Assembly (NCBI GenBank): GCA_002084525.1
Contig: NBLH01000006.1
Coordinates: 1 to 41,022, forward strand
Origin: Bacteroidetes bacterium 4572_117
GTDB lineage: Bacteria > Bacteroidota > Bacteroidia > Bacteroidales > NBLH01
Length of the DNA: 41,022 bases
Reading direction: 5' to 3'
In this document: piece by piece, positions 9,164 to 17,799 of the stretch
Layout: every line of letters begins with the position of its first letter
Numbering within the stretch: position 1 is the first letter of the stretch
Translations under genes and position numbers: made by a program
Notes under the pieces: generated by a model
What the model saw: only the letters and a program-made list of their open reading frames with translations
The model's database searches: none
Told to the model about the DNA's origin: nothing

Positions 9164-11407
9164 ATGAGGTTATTTAATTATATCTTTTTTGTGTTATATA
9201 CTTGCGGAATAAGCTTTTCAGCCTTCGGCCAGGATCCCATAATTTTTACAAATTTACAATCATCTGTTTCTGTGGGTGACAAAGCTGTTGTTTATATTGA
9301 TGAAAATGCATCATCAACAATCAAACAAGTAATAGAATTAAAACGTAAAAATCAGTTCAATTCAAAAAATAATGATATTAGTATTTATTCAAAATCAGCT
9401 ATTTGGTTTTTGTTTGAAATAGATAATAAAAAAGAAGAGGGAATATACCTTGAAATAAAGCCTGGTTTCATTAACGAAGTTTCCTTATTTACTATTGATG
9501 ATAATAAAATTATTGATAGTATAAATCTTGGGAGCCTTCTTCCGGCAAAAAACAGTGAGTTAAAAATAAATACTGCTGTATTTCCCATAAGTCCAGGGAA
9601 ATATCAATATATTATGCGAATAAAAACAAATACACTGGCATCTTATAGCCTTTGTTTATTAAGTAAAGAAACATTGTTTAAAAACGAACATTTGAAAAAT
9701 ATTTTAAATGGGCTTATGTTTGGTGCGTTGTTGTTAGCTTTTTTGTACAATTTGTTGTTATTTATTGCCGTAAGAGATTCTGTATATGCATATTATCTGG
9801 CATTAACCTTATTTGCAATTTTTGCGTTTTCATATCTTTCAGGAATTGGGTATCAGCTTTTATGGGGGCAATATCTAATAATAAGTAAGCATATTGTTAT
9901 TGTTTATAGTGCTATTGCAATAAGTCTGATTTTACTGGTAATAAAGCTTTTTAAGATATCCAAAAACTCAATAAAGACATATCGTGCTTTTCAGTCTCTA
10001 ATAATTATATTTTTAATTATATGCATTTGCGATTTATTCGATTTTTTATATCTGTCAAATATTTTATTTATTGTATTTAGTGCAATTACATATTTAGCCC
10101 TTATTGTTATTGTGTTGGGTTTTGTGAAAAAAAGAGACAAATCGGCAATATTATTTATTATTTGTTTGATATTGTCTGTGGGGTTATTCCTTTTGCTCGT
10201 AGGAGTTAGTCTGTCAAGTTTGTTTAGTACAGGCAACTATTTTGATTATATCATCTACAGTGCGTTTACAAATGTAGCTTTGATGTCGCTTGTGGTTGGT
10301 AATAAACTCAATATTTATACACACGAAAAAAGAAAAGCACGAACTGCCGAATTAAAGGCCCTCAAAGAAAGCGATAATTTAATTACTTCACAAAAACACA
10401 TGCTTCAAAAGTTAGTTGATGGGCGTAATAAGGAAATTATAAATAAAAACCTTGAACTATCAAATCAGCAAAAAGAAATTGAAAACCAAATAAACGAAAT
10501 TCAACAAAAAAATGAGGAGCTTAATGCTTTTAACGAACAGCTCCAGCTTAAAAATAAAGAAATTGAAACCCTAAATGTAAGCCTCCAAGATAATAAATAT
10601 GAACTAGAAAAAACGGTTAAATATAGAACTAACGAACTTGAAAAGGCAAAAGAAAGGGCCATTGTTGCCGACAATTTGAAAACCTCCTTCTTAAATAATC
10701 TTTCAAGCGAGCTTAAAATACCCATGACTGCAATAACTGGCTATTCTAACATGTTGCAAGACAAAACAATAACAGTTTTACAAAGGAATGATTACTTGCA
10801 AATTATTATGCAAAATGTTGATGATCTTTTATCTTTGATAGACAATATTGTAACATTTTCGCGAATACAGGCACAGGTAATTAAATTAAAAACACGTGAG
10901 CTTGATTTAAAGGCCTTTATAACATTAATTGCTGATGAATTTACTGAAAAGCTAGTTGACCTAAAAAAAACTAATATACATATTAATACCAATATGCCAG
11001 ATGGTGATGAGAAAATATTAATTAAATCTGATTCAAATAACTTATGGCTTATTTTTAAACATTTACTTGACAACTCCAGAAAATATACAATGGAAGGGGG
11101 GATTGAATTGGGGTTTAATATTAAACAAAAACTTGATAAGGAAATAGTTTCTGAAAAAAATATTGTTACTGTACAGTTCTTTGTTAAAGATTCTGGCGAA
11201 GGGATGTCAAAACAAGAAATAGAAAAATATGTTACCTCCTGGAACATAGACATAAATAAATATAGTCATGATAGAAAAGGGCTTGGCTTGGCGATAGTGT
11301 CGGGATTAACCGCTATTTTTAATGGAAAAGTAAGTGTTGATAGTGAGAAAGGTAAAGGTACAACATTCTTTATTGAAATTGATGCTGAATTATGTGATCA
11401 TGTGTGA
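9164..11407 (+). CDS. 7TMR-DISM family sensor kinase paralog lacking the phospho-acceptor His (pseudo-kinase candidate)
   Basis: Same architecture as 5253..7493: signal peptide, DISMED2-like domain, 7-TM block with FLYNLLLFIAVRDSVYAYY, coiled coil, DHp and HATPase_c. The H-box reads LSSELKIPMTAITGY, with AGC (Ser) at 10706-10708 where the paralog has His. The N box LLDNSRKYT and G1 DSGEGM are retained. The F box is degenerate, and G2 is KGLGLAIV. Confidence 0.8.
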   Translation: MRLFNYIFFVLYTCGISFSAFGQDPIIFTNLQSSVSVGDKAVVYIDENASSTIKQVIELKRKNQFNSKNNDISIYSKSAIWFLFEIDNKKEEGIYLEIKPGFINEVSLFTIDDNKIIDSINLGSLLPAKNSELKINTAVFPISPGKYQYIMRIKTNTLASYSLCLLSKETLFKNEHLKNILNGLMFGALLLAFLYNLLLFIAVRDSVYAYYLALTLFAIFAFSYLSGIGYQLLWGQYLIISKHIVIVYSAIAISLILLVIKLFKISKNSIKTYRAFQSLIIIFLIICICDLFDFLYLSNILFIVFSAITYLALIVIVLGFVKKRDKSAILFIICLILSVGLFLLLVGVSLSSLFSTGNYFDYIIYSAFTNVALMSLVVGNKLNIYTHEKRKARTAELKALKESDNLITSQKHMLQKLVDGRNKEIINKNLELSNQQKEIENQINEIQQKNEELNAFNEQLQLKNKEIETLNVSLQDNKYELEKTVKYRTNELEKAKERAIVADNLKTSFLNNLSSELKIPMTAITGYSNMLQDKTITVLQRNDYLQIIMQNVDDLLSLIDNIVTFSRIQAQVIKLKTRELDLKAFITLIADEFTEKLVDLKKTNIHINTNMPDGDEKILIKSDSNNLWLIFKHLLDNSRKYTMEGGIELGFNIKQKLDKEIVSEKNIVTVQFFVKDSGEGMSKQEIEKYVTSWNIDINKYSHDRKGLGLAIVSGLTAIFNGKVSVDSEKGKGTTFFIEIDAELCDHV

Positions 11408-11451
11408 TTTGTAATTCGTTTGGATTAGTAAACTTGTTAATATTTGTGAGA

Positions 11452-11820
11452 ATGAGCAGAAAATTTACACTATTGGTGATAGAAGATGACGAAGCTAGCT
11501 TTAAATTAATTGTTGCGGCTTTAAAGATTTTTGACCTTGATATTTTACATGCCGGTAATGGGAGGGATGGAGTAACCCTTTTTTCTGAAAATGAAATTGA
11601 TTTGGTACTACTTGATATTCAACTCCCAGAAATGAATGGTTTCGAGGCTTTAAGCTTTTTAAAAAAAATTAACTCTGAAATACCCATAGTAGCGCAAACA
11701 GCATATTCAATGTCAGGCGAAAAAGATAAAAGTATTGCTATGGGGTGTAGCGATTTTCTTTTAAAACCAATCCGTATCATGGAAATTCGCAATCTTGTTA
11801 GTAAATACATGACTCAATAA
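11452..11820 (+). CDS. Single-domain (CheY-like) response regulator receiver
   Basis: MSRKFTLLVIEDDE...LVLLDIQLPEMNG...AQTAYSM...FLLKP carries the acidic pocket, phospho-Asp, Thr and Lys signatures and has no output domain. I prefer ATG 11452 to the track's GTG 11404, which would overlap the kinase stop as GTGA. Confidence 0.8.
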   Translation: MSRKFTLLVIEDDEASFKLIVAALKIFDLDILHAGNGRDGVTLFSENEIDLVLLDIQLPEMNGFEALSFLKKINSEIPIVAQTAYSMSGEKDKSIAMGCSDFLLKPIRIMEIRNLVSKYMTQ

Positions 11821-11883
11821 ATATCATAAGGTGTGGTATAACCCAAACTTTATCCCTCAATTTAGGGCTTACCACAAAAATAA

Positions 11884-12360
11884 TTAAATCTCAATAGGTA
11901 CTTCCCTGTCAATTAATGCATCAAGCGACATAAATGTTTCTGTTCTTAAAACACCTCGTACAGCAACTAGCTTTTCAGATAAAATTTGTTTTAAATGTGT
12001 GTTTTCTTTGGCAACGATTTTTATAAACATAGAATATTGCCCGGTAGTATAGTGACATTGTATTATCTCGGGAATTTTTTTCATCTCGGCTAAAACATCA
12101 GCAAACATTAACGCATTTTCAAGATATACACCAACATAGGCTGTAGTTTGATATCCTAATTTTTTATGGTCGATAGAAAAATGTGAGCCGGTAATAACAC
12201 CCATTTCTATTAATTTATTAACTCTTTGATGAATAGCAGAACCTGATACTTTACACAATTTGGCTACTTCAAGAAATGGTGTTTTTGCACTTTTTACTAA
12301 AATCGAAAGTATTTTTCGGTCTAATACGTCAATATGTAAGTTCTTTTCCATTTTTTGCAT
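11884..12360 (-). CDS. Lrp/AsnC family transcriptional regulator
   Basis: N-terminal HTH (LDRKILSILVKSAKTPFLEVAKLCKVSGSAIHQRVNKLIEMGVI) plus a C-terminal RAM/AsnC-type ligand domain. It is divergent from asnB. Confidence 0.85.
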   Translation of the reverse strand: MQKMEKNLHIDVLDRKILSILVKSAKTPFLEVAKLCKVSGSAIHQRVNKLIEMGVITGSHFSIDHKKLGYQTTAYVGVYLENALMFADVLAEMKKIPEIIQCHYTTGQYSMFIKIVAKENTHLKQILSEKLVAVRGVLRTETFMSLDALIDREVPIEI

Positions 12361-12472
12361 TGATAATAATTAAAATGACACCAAAGTGCCACATAAAAAG
12401 CCATTATAAAAGTATGATGCATGAAAATGTAATAAAATCGCTATAATGTTTGGTTTAAATGGGCAAACTCAC

Positions 12473-12480
12473 TATTTTTG
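12473..12480 (+). promoter_or_regulatory. Candidate Bacteroidota -7 promoter box (TAnnTTTG)
   Basis: TATTTTTG lies 89 nt upstream of the asnB ATG, in the asnC-asnB divergent spacer. Confidence 0.35.
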
Positions 12481-12568
12481 ACCCCTAAGATTTTATTTTC
12501 ACACTATTTAGGCCATAAAAGTAACAAAATAAAAGAATAAATTAAAATTTAAGCAAAAACAAATTTTT

Positions 12569-14179
12569 ATGTGTGGTATTTTAGCAGTAATTGGAAAAAG
12601 CAGCCCTGAAGAAGTTGGGGCATTGTCAAAAAGAATGACCCATCGCGGACCAGATGAAAATGGATTGGTACAAACAAAAAACGGGTCGGTTTTATCGCAT
12701 GAGCGGTTATCTATAATTGATTTAAATACTGGTGTTCAGCCAATCCAATCAGATAATGACGAATGGATGGTGCACAATGGTGAAATTTATAATCATGAAG
12801 AAATAAGGAAACAACTAAACAATTATCCTTTTAAAACTAAATCAGATAGTGAGGTAATTGTGGCTTTATATAAAAAATATGGCTTTGAATTCTGCAATAG
12901 CTTAGATGGTGTTTTCGCATTTGTAATTGTTGATGGCGATACATTTATGGCCGCAAGGGATCCAATTGGCGTAAAACCATTATATTACGGTGTCGATAAA
13001 TCTGGTAAAATGTATTTTGCATCTGAAATGAAAGCTATTTCAGACCAGTGTTTTGAAATGGAAGCATTCCCCCCGGGGCATTATTATACCCCACAAACAG
13101 GCTTTGTTAAATATTATAAGCCCAACTGGGAAAACCCATTTGTTGCAAAAGAAAAAACCGATCTAAAAAAACTTAAAAATGCTCTCATTACAGCAACAAA
13201 AAAACGCTTAATGACTGATGTGCCGCTTGGTGTACTGCTTTCAGGAGGGCTTGATTCAAGTTTGATAGCATCAATTACTAAGCGGTTGCTTCCAGAAGAT
13301 AGTGAATTGCATTCTTTTTCGGTTGGTGTAGATGAATCGTCGCCCGATTTAATTGCAGCAAAAAAAGTAGCTGATTTTATCGGGACAACCCATCATAATG
13401 TGGTTTTTAGTGTAGAAGAGGGCATTGAGGCTATAAAAAAAATTATTTGGCATCTCGAAACGTATGATGTAACAACAATCAGGGCTGCAACACCAATGTA
13501 TTTCTTGTCAAAATATATTAAATTGGCCGGAATAAAAACGGTATTGTCTGGTGAGGGGGCAGATGAAATTTTTGGTGGTTATTTATATTTCCATGATGCA
13601 CCAAATACCATTGAGTTTCAGAAAGAACTAATCCGGCGCGTCAAAAACCTTTCAACTGCCGACTGCCTGCGTGCAGATAAATCGACTATGGCCCATGGTA
13701 TTGAGGCAAGGGTCCCATTTCTTGATAAGGATTTTCTTGATACTGCAATGCATATTCAACCATCTGATAAGCAACCGGATAGGACAATTTCTAAGCCAGA
13801 GAAGCATATTTTAAGGGCAGCTTTCGATGAAAAAGAAAACCCATATCTGCCCGATGAGGTATTGTGGCGGCAAAAAGAGCAATTTAGCGATGGTATTGGC
13901 TATAGTTGGATTGATACCCTTAGGCAATTTTGTGTAAATACAGTAAACGACAAACAATTTGCACAAGCAAAAAAGCTGTATCCACATAACACACCTACTA
14001 CAAAAGAGGCCTTTTATTTCAGGCAGTTATTCGAAGAAATGTACCCACAACTACATGCCCTAAAAACGGTTAAAAAGTGGATACCAAAATGGCAGGAAAA
14101 CGAAGACCCTTCAGGCAGGGCGAGTTTAGCGCATAACAATAATTTAATTACAAAAACAAAACGACAGAGAAGGGCGTAG
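12569..14179 (+). CDS. asnB: Asparagine synthase B (glutamine-hydrolysing)
   Basis: MCGILAV gives the N-terminal nucleophile Cys. The Ntn amidotransferase domain is present, the PP-loop is VLLSGGLDSS, and the C-terminal synthetase motifs include GEGADEIFGGY. Confidence 0.92.
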   Translation: MCGILAVIGKSSPEEVGALSKRMTHRGPDENGLVQTKNGSVLSHERLSIIDLNTGVQPIQSDNDEWMVHNGEIYNHEEIRKQLNNYPFKTKSDSEVIVALYKKYGFEFCNSLDGVFAFVIVDGDTFMAARDPIGVKPLYYGVDKSGKMYFASEMKAISDQCFEMEAFPPGHYYTPQTGFVKYYKPNWENPFVAKEKTDLKKLKNALITATKKRLMTDVPLGVLLSGGLDSSLIASITKRLLPEDSELHSFSVGVDESSPDLIAAKKVADFIGTTHHNVVFSVEEGIEAIKKIIWHLETYDVTTIRAATPMYFLSKYIKLAGIKTVLSGEGADEIFGGYLYFHDAPNTIEFQKELIRRVKNLSTADCLRADKSTMAHGIEARVPFLDKDFLDTAMHIQPSDKQPDRTISKPEKHILRAAFDEKENPYLPDEVLWRQKEQFSDGIGYSWIDTLRQFCVNTVNDKQFAQAKKLYPHNTPTTKEAFYFRQLFEEMYPQLHALKTVKKWIPKWQENEDPSGRASLAHNNNLITKTKRQRRA

Positions 14180-14193
14180 GATATAAGGGAAAA

Positions 14194-14222
14194 GGGGAGG
14201 GGATACCTCCCAAATTTCCTTT
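14194..14222 (+). terminator. Possible asnB terminator hairpin
   Basis: GGGAGG-GGATA-CCTCCC is a 6-bp GC-rich stem 15 nt after the stop. The downstream tract AAATTTCCTTTATTT is only moderately T-rich. Confidence 0.3.
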
Positions 14223-14454
14223 ATTTGGGTATTTTAAGTGGCCAGACAAAATTAATTGTATATTTACTTTTACATAACTTGTATATTGTAAGATATTTGC
14301 ACCAGTGCTTGAGCAACATTAAATAGCACTTAGTGCTTATTAGTATAAATTAATACTTCGTTATATTTTTGCCGCGAATGCACGAATAAAAAGGTAACGA
14401 ACTAATAATCAGTAATATATATAATCACCTGATTGTGTCCTAATCTACTGATTA

Positions 14455-15729
14455 TCAGACCATTCCAAAAATATACCGAACTATTGATAAATATCTCCAT
14501 ATTAAATATGCGATACTAAAGAATGATAAAAAACCAATGCCAACAACAGAATAAACCCTCAGCCATTTTTTAGGCTTGTATTTAATATCTACAAATTTAG
14601 ATACAACGGCTTTGTAATTTAAAAATGCTAAAACAGGGGCCGTAACAAAAGATAAACTTGTAGCAATGTCAACCATCTGCTTCATGCTCCCCGAAAACTT
14701 GTAAATCAACAATAAAGCGCCAGAAACAACAATAATTAGCCAAAACCAGATAAACCAGTTGTTGTTTTTTGTTTGTGTTTTCGGGAAAATGTATTCGGTA
14801 GTTGGTTTTAATACTTTCGAATATGCATCTAAGCAAGTAAGGGTTGTGCTAAACATCGTAGTAAGTGCAGCAATTGCAATTACTGGGTACGCCCATTGAC
14901 CTATACTTTTTGTGAATAAATTTATAACTTGCCCTGCAAATACACCGCCTTTTGGTGAAAACTCTTCGCCGGTGCCATGCATTACCAGTGCCCCTAAACT
15001 TAAAAAACCTATTGCTAAAAAAATTGTCCCGATATATCCTATATTAAAATCCAATAAGGCTTCTTTTAATTTTGGCCTGTAATTGGTTTCTTTTTGCTTT
15101 TCAACCGACCAGTACGAATGCCACACAGAAACATCGATAGGTGCTGGCATCCAGCCAATAAAAGCAATCAGAAATGCAATGTGGGTGGCATCGCCCCAAT
15201 TAAATACAACAGCATTTGGGTTTGGGTTGTAGCCCTGCGTAAAAGCACTGATAACAGCAATAATTGTAGAAAGTGTAAGCGTAATAATTATAATTTTAAT
15301 AATTTTATCTAAAAAGGCAAATTTTCCAATCACCAAAACTATCATAGTCCCTACAAGCAAAATTAAACTGATACTTGTTGGGTCTAAATCAATATTTAAA
15401 ATATTTTTTAGTAAGCCGGCAGTAACAGTCGTAACAGCCGCCTGTATGGTAAACATTGTTCCAAAAGTAAAAATCGCATAAAGCCAAATTGCCCACTTTC
15501 CTACCTTATTGTAACCATCTATTAAATTATTACCTGTTACAGTTGCATATCTTGCTCCAAACTCAAAAAAAGGATATTTAATTATGTTTACAACAATCAA
15601 GATACCTACAAGATAAAAACCAAAGTTCGCCCCGGCTCTTGTCGATTGAACTAAATGTGATACCCCAACTGCTGCACCGGCCCACATTAATCCCGGGCCT
15701 AAAGATTTCAAAAATTGTTTATTTATCAT
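14455..15729 (-). CDS. Nramp-family-like transporter (non-canonical TM1 motif)
   Basis: 424 aa with about 11 TM helices. The N-terminal LGPGLMWAGAAVGVSHLVQSTRAGANFGF aligns with MntH LGPA....DPGN......G...GY, but DPGN is replaced by GVSH. A TM6-like GWMPAP segment is present. Confidence 0.65.
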   Translation of the reverse strand: MINKQFLKSLGPGLMWAGAAVGVSHLVQSTRAGANFGFYLVGILIVVNIIKYPFFEFGARYATVTGNNLIDGYNKVGKWAIWLYAIFTFGTMFTIQAAVTTVTAGLLKNILNIDLDPTSISLILLVGTMIVLVIGKFAFLDKIIKIIIITLTLSTIIAVISAFTQGYNPNPNAVVFNWGDATHIAFLIAFIGWMPAPIDVSVWHSYWSVEKQKETNYRPKLKEALLDFNIGYIGTIFLAIGFLSLGALVMHGTGEEFSPKGGVFAGQVINLFTKSIGQWAYPVIAIAALTTMFSTTLTCLDAYSKVLKPTTEYIFPKTQTKNNNWFIWFWLIIVVSGALLLIYKFSGSMKQMVDIATSLSFVTAPVLAFLNYKAVVSKFVDIKYKPKKWLRVYSVVGIGFLSFFSIAYLIWRYLSIVRYIFGMV

Positions 15730-15929
15730 TGACTGTCCCTAATTTTAAAATGCCAAAAATATTAAAATTCTCTGTTTTTTTGGCAACACCTTTTTGTTTT
15801 TAACAAAAATACCCGCTAATCGGCTTTTTTTGCTACCATTAAATATACATAATCTAAGCTAATTTGAAAGGCAAAAGCAAATTTCTAAAATTATTTTATC
15901 TTTACTATTGTCGTTTAATAAAATAGTTA

Positions 15930-15937
15930 TACTTTTG
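15930..15937 (+). promoter_or_regulatory. Candidate Bacteroidota -7 promoter box (TAnnTTTG) for the rplM operon
   Basis: TACTTTTG lies 60 nt upstream of the rplM start. A TTG about 20 nt further upstream fits a -33 element. Confidence 0.45.
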
Positions 15938-15996
15938 CAGTCCAAAATTATCGTGGAAAAGTTGTATAAAGTTATTAATTAAAACTTACAAGAATC

Positions 15997-16452
15997 GTGA
16001 ACACATTAAGTTATAAGACGATATCGGCTAACAAAGCTACTGTTAATAAAAAGTGGTTGCTGGTTGATGCTGAAGGTGAAGTTCTTGGAAGATTAGCCTC
16101 TAAAGTGGCTATGATGCTGAGAGGTAAAAACAAACCTGATTTTACGCCACATGTTGATGCTGGTGACAATGTAATTGTTATTAATGCCGAAAAAATCAGG
16201 ATGACAGGGAATAAGTGGGACAAAAGAGAGATTTTTAGTCATTCAGGTTATCCTGGAGGTGATAAAAGGACTACCCCATCGCAAATGTTGGCAAAAAAAC
16301 CTGAATCACTTATTGAACATGCTGTAGTAGGTATGTTGCCAAAAAACAGGTTAGGACGAAAGATTTTTGGAAATCTTCATGTATTTGTTGGTAGTGAACA
16401 TAACCATGAAGCACAAAAACCTCAGAAAGTTAATCTTAATTCAATTAAATAA
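15997..16452 (+). CDS. rplM: 50S ribosomal protein L13
   Basis: MNTLSYKTISANKATVNKKWLLVDAEG... is a typical L13 N-terminus. GTG is the only possible start after the in-frame TAA at 15976-15978. Confidence 0.95.
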   Translation: MNTLSYKTISANKATVNKKWLLVDAEGEVLGRLASKVAMMLRGKNKPDFTPHVDAGDNVIVINAEKIRMTGNKWDKREIFSHSGYPGGDKRTTPSQMLAKKPESLIEHAVVGMLPKNRLGRKIFGNLHVFVGSEHNHEAQKPQKVNLNSIK

Positions 16453-16457
16453 ATCAA

Positions 16458-16844
16458 ATGGAAGTAATTAACACAATTGGAAGAAGAAAATCTGCTGTTG
16501 CACGGGTTTATTTGTCTGAAGGGAAAGGTAAGATTACTGTTAATGACAGGGAATTAGATGATTATTTTAAAACTGATCAGTTAATTTATGTTGTTAAACA
16601 AGCTTTAAATGAAGTAAACGTTGCTGAAAATTATGACATTAAGGTGAATTTGTATGGTGGTGGTTATGCCGGACAGGCAGAAGCATTACGTTTGGCAATT
16701 GCCAGGGCCTTAATTAAAATTGATGCAGAGCATCGTACTCCTTTAAAAGTAAAAGGTTTCCTTACCAGGGATTCTCGCGTTGTTGAACGTAAAAAACCAG
16801 GCAGGCCAAAAGCAAGGAAAAGATTTCAATTTAGTAAACGTTAA
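16458..16844 (+). CDS. rpsI: 30S ribosomal protein S9
   Basis: GRRKSAVARV...GGG..GQA.A.R.AIARAL...RD.R.VERKK.G..KARK..QFSKR is the canonical S9 pattern. The gene starts 5 nt after rplM. Confidence 0.95.
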   Translation: MEVINTIGRRKSAVARVYLSEGKGKITVNDRELDDYFKTDQLIYVVKQALNEVNVAENYDIKVNLYGGGYAGQAEALRLAIARALIKIDAEHRTPLKVKGFLTRDSRVVERKKPGRPKARKRFQFSKR

Positions 16845-16937
16845 ACAGAGTTTAGTATCTAAATTACTGAGACTTCTGCAATGCCAGAACTACTTAGTAG
16901 TTGCATTTACGTAGAATGTAAACTTAAAAAAAATCAA

Positions 16938-17780
16938 ATGATTAAAACTAATTTTCAAGAACTACTTGAAGCTGGTGTCCATTTTGGGCACTTAAAAAGG
17001 AAATGGAATCCGAATATGGCTCCTTATATTTTTATGGAGAAAAATGGGATACACATTCTTGATTTGAACAAAACATTAGTTAAACTTGACGAAGCTGCAA
17101 ATGCTTTGATGCAAGTTGCTAAATCAGGTAAAAAAATATTGTTTGTTGCCACTAAAAAACAAGCAAAAGAAATTGTTGCCGAAAGTGCAAAAAAAATGAA
17201 TATGCCGTATATTACTGAACGGTGGTCTGGTGGTATGTTAACCAATTTCCCAACGATAAGAAAAGCGGTAAAAAAAATGTCGCTTATTGATAAAATGAAA
17301 ACTGACGGGACTTTTGAAAATATCTCAAAAAGGGAACGGTTGCAAATTACAAGGCAAAGAGGCAAACTGGAAACAGTTTTGGGCTCAATTTCTGAAATGA
17401 CAAAACTTCCGGCAGCATTGTTTGTTGTTGACGTATCAAAAGAAAATATTGCCGTGGCAGAAGCAAAACGATTACATATTCCTGTTTTTGGAATTGTTGA
17501 TACAAATTCTGACCCAAGTATAGATTTTCCAATTCCTGCAAATGATGATGCATCAAAATCAATACAAATAATAATAGACTACATAAGCTCTGCAATTACT
17601 GATGGCTTAAATGAAAGAAAAGCCAATAGAGAAATGGAAGCAAAATCGAAAGAGAAAAAAACTTTTAATGAAGAAACCGGCAAACCGGTAAAAAGGGCTA
17701 GAAGAACTAAAGCAAGAAAAGACGATACGGGAACAGAAGTTAAAAAAACTGAAAATACCGAAAATACCGAAAATAATTAA
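16938..17780 (+). CDS. rpsB: 30S ribosomal protein S2
   Basis: LLEAGVHFGH, ERWSGGMLTNF and VVDVSKENIAVAEAKRLHIPVFGIVDTN are present. I prefer ATG 16938 (MIKTNFQELLEAG) to the track's 16881. The C-terminal K/E-rich tail ends in TENTENTENN. Confidence 0.93.
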   Translation: MIKTNFQELLEAGVHFGHLKRKWNPNMAPYIFMEKNGIHILDLNKTLVKLDEAANALMQVAKSGKKILFVATKKQAKEIVAESAKKMNMPYITERWSGGMLTNFPTIRKAVKKMSLIDKMKTDGTFENISKRERLQITRQRGKLETVLGSISEMTKLPAALFVVDVSKENIAVAEAKRLHIPVFGIVDTNSDPSIDFPIPANDDASKSIQIIIDYISSAITDGLNERKANREMEAKSKEKKTFNEETGKPVKRARRTKARKDDTGTEVKKTENTENTENN

Positions 17781-17799
17781 TAATACTTAATAAAAAAAT

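Noticed and set aside
11404-11451. GTG 11404 as the response-regulator start (GTGA overlap with the kinase stop)
   Set aside because: It would add a 16-aa hydrophobic extension (MICNSFGLVNLLIFVR) not seen in receiver domains. ATG 11452 gives the canonical MSRKFTLLVIEDDE start. Translational coupling through GTG cannot be fully excluded.
11833-11875. Nested hairpin between the convergent receiver and AsnC-type genes
   Set aside because: GTGGTA…TACCAC with an inner CCCT…AGGG can fold, but neither strand has a U-tract after the stem. It is not reported as a terminator.
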